Origin: a bacterium | Lineage (GTDB): Bacteria > CLD3 > SB21 | DNA: 51,692 bases | Direction of reading: 5' to 3' | Assembly (NCBI GenBank): GCA_013360215.1 | Contig: JABWCP010000023.1 | Location: 1-51,692 of the forward strand | Shown: positions 47,327 through 51,692 of the stretch, in pieces | Layout: each line of letters begins with the position of its first letter | How positions within the stretch are numbered: the stretch's first letter is position 1 | The notes under the pieces: generated by a model | Told to the model about the DNA's origin: nothing | Databases searched by the model: none | Seen by the model: the letters and a program-made list of their open reading frames with translations, nothing else | Position numbers and translations under genes: made by a program

Positions 47327-48830
47327 ATTCTTCTACCTTTAATTCGATTTTTTGAGCCTCTTCCATAAAGACCTGCCGATCATAAAACGGAATTTTTTCA
47401 TCCCCCACATATTGATAGCGCTCATGACCGCGACCTGCGATCACTACAAAATCGCCTTCTTGTGCAATCTGAAGGCTTCGGCGAATAGCTTCACGCCGAT
47501 CTATGATGATTTCGTGCCGCGTTCCGGATAACTCACGCGTGATATCCTGGATGATGGCTTCCGGTGATTCGTGATGAATATCATCCGTCGTAATGATTGT
47601 GTGTTCGGAAGCGGTTGTAGCTATTTTTCCCATCATCGGTCGTTTTGAAGGATCGCGGCTGCCGGGGCAACCGAATACCGTAATAAGGCGACGACCCTGA
47701 GGTTTTATTCGGTTCACCTCTTGTAAAAGTTTTTCCAATCCGTCCGGCGTGTGGGCAAAATCAATGATAACATTAAATGTACCGGCTTTGTACCAATTAA
47801 AACGTCCGTCCACCGTCGGCAGCGTGGGAAATTTTTCAGCACCGACGGCCATGTCTAGGCCGAGCCCTTCAAGAACACCGTAAGCGGCCAATGCGTTATA
47901 CGCGTTAAATTCTCCGATCATGCGTGTCTCTATAGCGGCGGATTTTCCGTCTTGAACAAAGACGATAGTCTGAAGGCGTGAATCGGGATTAAATTTTATT
48001 TTTTCCAATCTTAACGTGGCACTATTTTTTTTGCCATATTCTACGATGCGGTGACCGGAGGGGACCGATTTGCGCATACCTCCGCTAAAATCATCATCTC
48101 CGTTGATCACGGCAAAACCGATCGGTTTGAGCATGCTAAAGAGTAAAGCCTTGGTCGAAAAATAATCGTCCATCGAAGCGTGCAGTTCACGATGTTCGTG
48201 CGTCAGATTGGTAAATACCGCCGCATCAAAACGAAGGCCCCATACACGTTTAAGTTTGAGTGCGTGCGAAGAAACTTCCATGACAACATGCGTTGCACCT
48301 TTATCCATACCTTCGCGCAGATATTTGTGGAGCATTGGAGCGGGCGGTGTTGTAAAATCCGTCGGTATGATTCGGCCGCACACTTCAAACCCCGTCGTAC
48401 CCAGAAACACGGTTTTGTGGCCCAATGCCTTAAGAGTTTCATTGATAAATTTGGCTGTTGTCGTTTTTCCGTTGGTGCCTGTAATACCGATAAAAGCCAT
48501 AGGCGCATTGGTCGTGCCGTAAAAAGAAGCGGAGGACTCCGCCATAAACTGAGTCAGGTTTTCTACCTGTACGTAAGTCACGCGGGTTTTGGGAGGGAAT
48601 TGTACTTTAGCGTATAATTCGTCCGATACGATGACGGACGCGCCTTTTTGTATGGCGTGCGCTATGAATTTGTTACCGTCTTTTTGCGTACCACGGATGG
48701 CGTAAAAAATGTTATCCTTTTGTGCAAAACGTGAATCGGTACAAAGTCCGGTAACGGTGAGGCTCGTGCTGCCATAAACATTGCGTACTAAAGCGTTATT
48801 ATTAAGAATCTCACGTAATGTTTTTTTCAT
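47325..48830 (-). CDS. murE: MurE-family ligase, stand-alone, with an atypical specificity motif
   Basis: DSR, GITGTNGKTT, TTP, MEVSSHAL, TNLTHEH, DFAHTPD, RDPSKRPMMG, AGRGHE. DDIH sits at the DNPR position. Confidence 0.88.
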   Translation of the reverse strand: MKKTLREILNNNALVRNVYGSTSLTVTGLCTDSRFAQKDNIFYAIRGTQKDGNKFIAHAIQKGASVIVSDELYAKVQFPPKTRVTYVQVENLTQFMAESSASFYGTTNAPMAFIGITGTNGKTTTAKFINETLKALGHKTVFLGTTGFEVCGRIIPTDFTTPPAPMLHKYLREGMDKGATHVVMEVSSHALKLKRVWGLRFDAAVFTNLTHEHRELHASMDDYFSTKALLFSMLKPIGFAVINGDDDFSGGMRKSVPSGHRIVEYGKKNSATLRLEKIKFNPDSRLQTIVFVQDGKSAAIETRMIGEFNAYNALAAYGVLEGLGLDMAVGAEKFPTLPTVDGRFNWYKAGTFNVIIDFAHTPDGLEKLLQEVNRIKPQGRRLITVFGCPGSRDPSKRPMMGKIATTASEHTIITTDDIHHESPEAIIQDITRELSGTRHEIIIDRREAIRRSLQIAQEGDFVVIAGRGHERYQYVGDEKIPFYDRQVFMEEAQKIELKVEE

Positions 48831-50637
48831 GATCCGGTTTTTCAGAATGTTGTTGTTTGACGAAGTATTTTACAACCGCTTCCATATTGTTGGAGAATTT
48901 CTTGAGAGCATCTACGGTTTCCGCGTAACGTTCGCTGGATGCGGCTAATGCGCGCATATCAGCGGAAATATCGTTAAATGAAAAGGATATCTGCCGATTG
49001 GCCAAACGCTGTTGATTGATCGATATATATATTTGTTTGGCCGCATCGGAGGAACGTTGCGCCCATTCTAAAATTTCTTTGAGGTTCGTCAGTGTTTGTT
49101 GGGCCATATCGGCGCTGCTGACCGTATGTTCGGAAGTTTCTTGCGCGACGGTGACTAAGCGCGTTGTGGCCTCCTGTACCTGATCAATCATACGTTGAAT
49201 GTTTTTAACGGAACTCGTAACACGATCCGAAAGCGACCGTACTTCATTGGCAACGACTTTGAATCGTTTGCCGTGTTCGCCGGCGGAACTGGCCTCAATC
49301 GTGGCGTTAAGTGCGATGAGATTGGTCTCGTCGGCTACCGAGTTAATGAAACGCAAAATTTGCTCGATTTCCTGAATACTTTCGCTGAGTTGAATAACTT
49401 CGGAGAGACTGAGTTGATTTTTGGATTCGACATCCTTGATCATGCGTACGGTTTCTTCCATGCGAAGAACGCCTTTTTTAGCCGATCGTTCTGTATCTTC
49501 GGCTTGACCGACGACGGCGCTTGCATGATCGGCGATTTGATTGGATGAGCGAACCATTTCCTCCAATGTCGAGGAGGTTTCTGACAGCGAAGAAGATTGG
49601 CGTACCAACGATTGATTTTGATCGGAAGAGATCGCGGCAATTTTATTAGTCGTCGTATACATATCTACACCGTTACGTTGCAGATAATTAATACGGTCCC
49701 GGATTTTATGCACGGCGGAGTCTAACTGGATTAGTAGAAAGCCCATACCGTGAGGTGTGCGGTATTTTTTGGAGCCCGAAAAATCGCCAACTTCAAGTTT
49801 ATGAATCTCTTTCGATAAATCACGGAGTACACCGTCCAATGAAACCGATAAAATGATGACGATACCAAAAGTGCAGGCGGTCATCATACCCACCGCAATG
49901 AGAAGTGAGTGCTGAAGTTGAAAGGTTTGTTGTGAAAGGAAATCATGCATTGCCGCTGTTGTCGGGAAATGGTCTATAGTAAATGAACGGAGGTAATCAT
50001 TGTATGCGTCGATTATAAACCACACGCTGATGCCAACACTGATTACTGAAACTGAAGCGACGGTCACGTACAATCGACTCATACGGTGCGACGCCGTGTC
50101 GGCAATCTGAAGATTTTTGCGGTGTTCACGGATAAAAAGGATCAAGGCTGCGGCCCAGCGTTCGGTAAGGATGTAGTTGAATAGCGCCGCGTACATCGTA
50201 CCGATACCCATTCCGGAGAGCATGGCAGTTGACTGCGGAAAAATAAGAGTGAAAGGAATGATGGCGACTAAAATGAATACGACCAATTCGGCCCATGTAT
50301 TGCGACCGGGAAAGCGTAAAAGTTCGTGTACGGCACCCTGCGCGTCGTCGAAACTCACACTCTGTCCGCCTAAGAAGCGATGCACAGCGTGGCGGGCGTG
50401 CCGAATGAGTCGTCGTTGTATGAGCGCCAGCAACATGATCCAAACAAGAAAAGAAATCGTAAGGGCAACAATCAATGTTTCCCGCGAAATCGCGCGCTCT
50501 GAAAAAGGAATCATAGCGGCGTAGGCCCACGCAAAAATCGGTACGAGGATATAGCCGATTTTAGTGGATATGTAGGAATCCGCAAAATAACGGACTGTCA
50601 GCGTTTCTAAACGTTTTTTAAAAGAGGAGAAAATCAT
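48811..50637 (-). CDS. Methyl-accepting chemotaxis protein with a polytopic membrane N-terminus
   Basis: Signalling hairpin VADETNLIALNATIEASSAGEHGKRFKVVANEVRSLS; about six hydrophobic helices. Start uncertain (ATG 50637 preferred). Confidence 0.88.
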   Translation of the reverse strand: MIFSSFKKRLETLTVRYFADSYISTKIGYILVPIFAWAYAAMIPFSERAISRETLIVALTISFLVWIMLLALIQRRLIRHARHAVHRFLGGQSVSFDDAQGAVHELLRFPGRNTWAELVVFILVAIIPFTLIFPQSTAMLSGMGIGTMYAALFNYILTERWAAALILFIREHRKNLQIADTASHRMSRLYVTVASVSVISVGISVWFIIDAYNDYLRSFTIDHFPTTAAMHDFLSQQTFQLQHSLLIAVGMMTACTFGIVIILSVSLDGVLRDLSKEIHKLEVGDFSGSKKYRTPHGMGFLLIQLDSAVHKIRDRINYLQRNGVDMYTTTNKIAAISSDQNQSLVRQSSSLSETSSTLEEMVRSSNQIADHASAVVGQAEDTERSAKKGVLRMEETVRMIKDVESKNQLSLSEVIQLSESIQEIEQILRFINSVADETNLIALNATIEASSAGEHGKRFKVVANEVRSLSDRVTSSVKNIQRMIDQVQEATTRLVTVAQETSEHTVSSADMAQQTLTNLKEILEWAQRSSDAAKQIYISINQQRLANRQISFSFNDISADMRALAASSERYAETVDALKKFSNNMEAVVKYFVKQQHSEKPDHEKNIT

Positions 50638-50721
50638 ATTGATGAATATTGACCCGATTATTGTACCGATTGTAATACTTTTTGATGTGGCTTTCAACAA
50701 GAAAGGAGAACGGAGGAGTGT

Positions 50722-50755
50722 AAAAAAAAAGGCTGTTCCAAAGTTGGAACAGCCT
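50722..50755 (-). terminator. Intrinsic terminator after the RRM gene
   Basis: AGGCTGTTCCAA / TTGGAACAGCCT stem followed by a T9 tract on the minus strand. Confidence 0.85.
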
Positions 50756-50782
50756 GTATCTTTAATCGAGATATTTGCTCAA

Positions 50783-51085
50783 TTATTGATCTTTACGAAA
50801 ACCGCCGCGATCACGGCCGCCGAAGGGCTTTTTTTCCATCGGTTTGGCTTCGTTGACGATCAGAGGACGTTCCATAAAGGAATAGTTATGGAACATTTCT
50901 TTGGCTTTTTCAGCTTCTTCAGCCGTTGCCATTTCGACAAAACCAAAGCCTTTGGACTTCCCCGACAACTTGTCTACAATGATTTTGGCTGAGGTGACCG
51001 AACCAGCTTGCGAAAAGAGCTGGGTAAGACCATCGTCATCAGCGCGGTAGGACAGGTTGCCCACGTACAGTTTGTTTGAGTTCAT
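50783..51085 (-). CDS. Single-RRM RNA-binding protein with Gly/Arg-rich tail
   Basis: RNP2 LYVGNL, RNP1 KGFGFVEM, VNEAKP, GGRDRGGF tail. ATG at 51085 follows AAGGAGA. Confidence 0.95.
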   Translation of the reverse strand: MNSNKLYVGNLSYRADDDGLTQLFSQAGSVTSAKIIVDKLSGKSKGFGFVEMATAEEAEKAKEMFHNYSFMERPLIVNEAKPMEKKPFGGRDRGGFRKDQ

Positions 51086-51126
51086 GCGAACATCTCCTTC
51101 AGAAAAAAAAATCATGGGTTAAATAC

Positions 51127-51160
51127 AAAAAACCTCAAAGCGCCCATTCACTTTGAGGTT
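51127..51160 (-). promoter_or_regulatory. Terminator-like hairpin in the 5' leader of the RRM gene
   Basis: Minus strand AACCTCAAAGTG-AATGGG-CGCTTTGAGGTT then TTTT, about 40 nt before the start codon. Confidence 0.55.
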
Positions 51161-51305
51161 GTAAAACTTTATACACACGAAATGGCTTTAAGACGGGAAT
51201 AAGTCACAAAGACAAGACCGGAAAAAGAATACTTGCTCAATCGAGCATCGAAACTTTTAAAACAATTAACAAATAACAAAAAGCATTCACACTGCTTACA
51301 ATTCA

Positions 51306-51334
51306 AATATGACTAATGCATAAAACGAAGTCAA
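51306..51334 (-). promoter_or_regulatory. Putative sigma70 promoter for the RRM gene
   Basis: Minus strand TTGACT, 17-bp spacer, CATATT. Confidence 0.55.
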
Positions 51335-51423
51335 GAAAATAATTAAGTAATTTTTCAAACGGCACAGAAGGGAAATCGGGGCTAGTTTTAGACCGTTTGA
51401 TGCGGCATGGAGTAAAAACAAAT

Positions 51424-51452
51424 TTGACATTCGAGAGGGAATCAGCTATATT
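51424..51452 (+). promoter_or_regulatory. sigma70-type promoter upstream of the tRNA-like repeat array
   Basis: TTGACA (51424-51429), 17-bp spacer, TATATT (51447-51452), with an A-tract upstream; 35 nt before the first unit. Confidence 0.75.
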
Positions 51453-51487
51453 TTTTGCGACCAAAAAAGATTATATGTACAGCTATT

Positions 51488-51692
51488 GCGAGTGCAATTT
51501 AGTGGTAGAATGTTCGTCACGCAAAATGCGTGACTGGACGTCGCGAGTAAGATTACAAAGATAACTGATACCTAGTCTGAGAAGTAATAAGACAGTATTT
51601 AATGCGAGAGTAATTCAGTGGTAGAATGCCGTCACGCAAAATGCGTGACTGGACGTCGCGAGTAAGATTACAAAGATAACTGATACCTAGTC
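51488..51692 (+). repeat. Tandem direct repeat (~116-bp period, at least 2 units, cut by window end) of tRNA-Gly-derived 5' fragments
   Basis: Units start at 51488 and 51604. 51515-51577 is identical to 51630-51692 (63 bp). Each has an acceptor 5' strand, D-arm, variable loop and T-stem 5' strand, but no anticodon loop or 3' half. Confidence 0.88.

Noticed and set aside
51488-51692. CRISPR array or functional tRNA genes
   Set aside because: The repeated part is about 90 bp with only 26 bp between copies, and no cas genes are present. The units lack an anticodon loop, TTCGA and 3' acceptor strand, so they cannot form a cloverleaf.

Overview
A mostly housekeeping 51.7-kb chromosomal segment. 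Gene order and signals point to an FCB-group bacterium outside the classical Bacteroidetes (inference from ileS-dksA-lspA order, pheS without pheT, and canonical TTGACA/TATAAT-type promoters with Shine-Dalgarno sites). It carries translation genes (thrS-infC-rpmI-rplT, pheS, ileS, rpsT, rlmI, ybeY), cofactor genes (mog, ribE, ribB fused to a dead GTP cyclohydrolase II domain, nadC, trxA), fatty-acid and electron-transfer genes, signalling genes (Cys-rich soluble histidine kinase plus receiver, MCP, GlnD, 7TM-HD phosphodiesterase) and several exported proteins. No transposase, integrase, cas gene, rRNA or intact tRNA was seen. The most unusual element is at the right end. A near-consensus sigma70 promoter precedes a tandem ~116-bp repeat. 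Each unit is the 5' two-thirds of a tRNA-Gly whose anticodon loop is replaced by a perfect palindrome and whose 3' half is missing. The array runs off the window and is transcribed divergently from an RRM protein gene with a long leader containing a terminator-like hairpin. Other notable points are an orphan MurE with DDIH in place of DNPR, an RpiB with a microcompartment-type N-terminal domain, a GIHH-type IleRS2, an ATC-initiated infC, and an SGNH gene split by one in-frame TGA. All family assignments are from motif recognition by eye; no searches were run.
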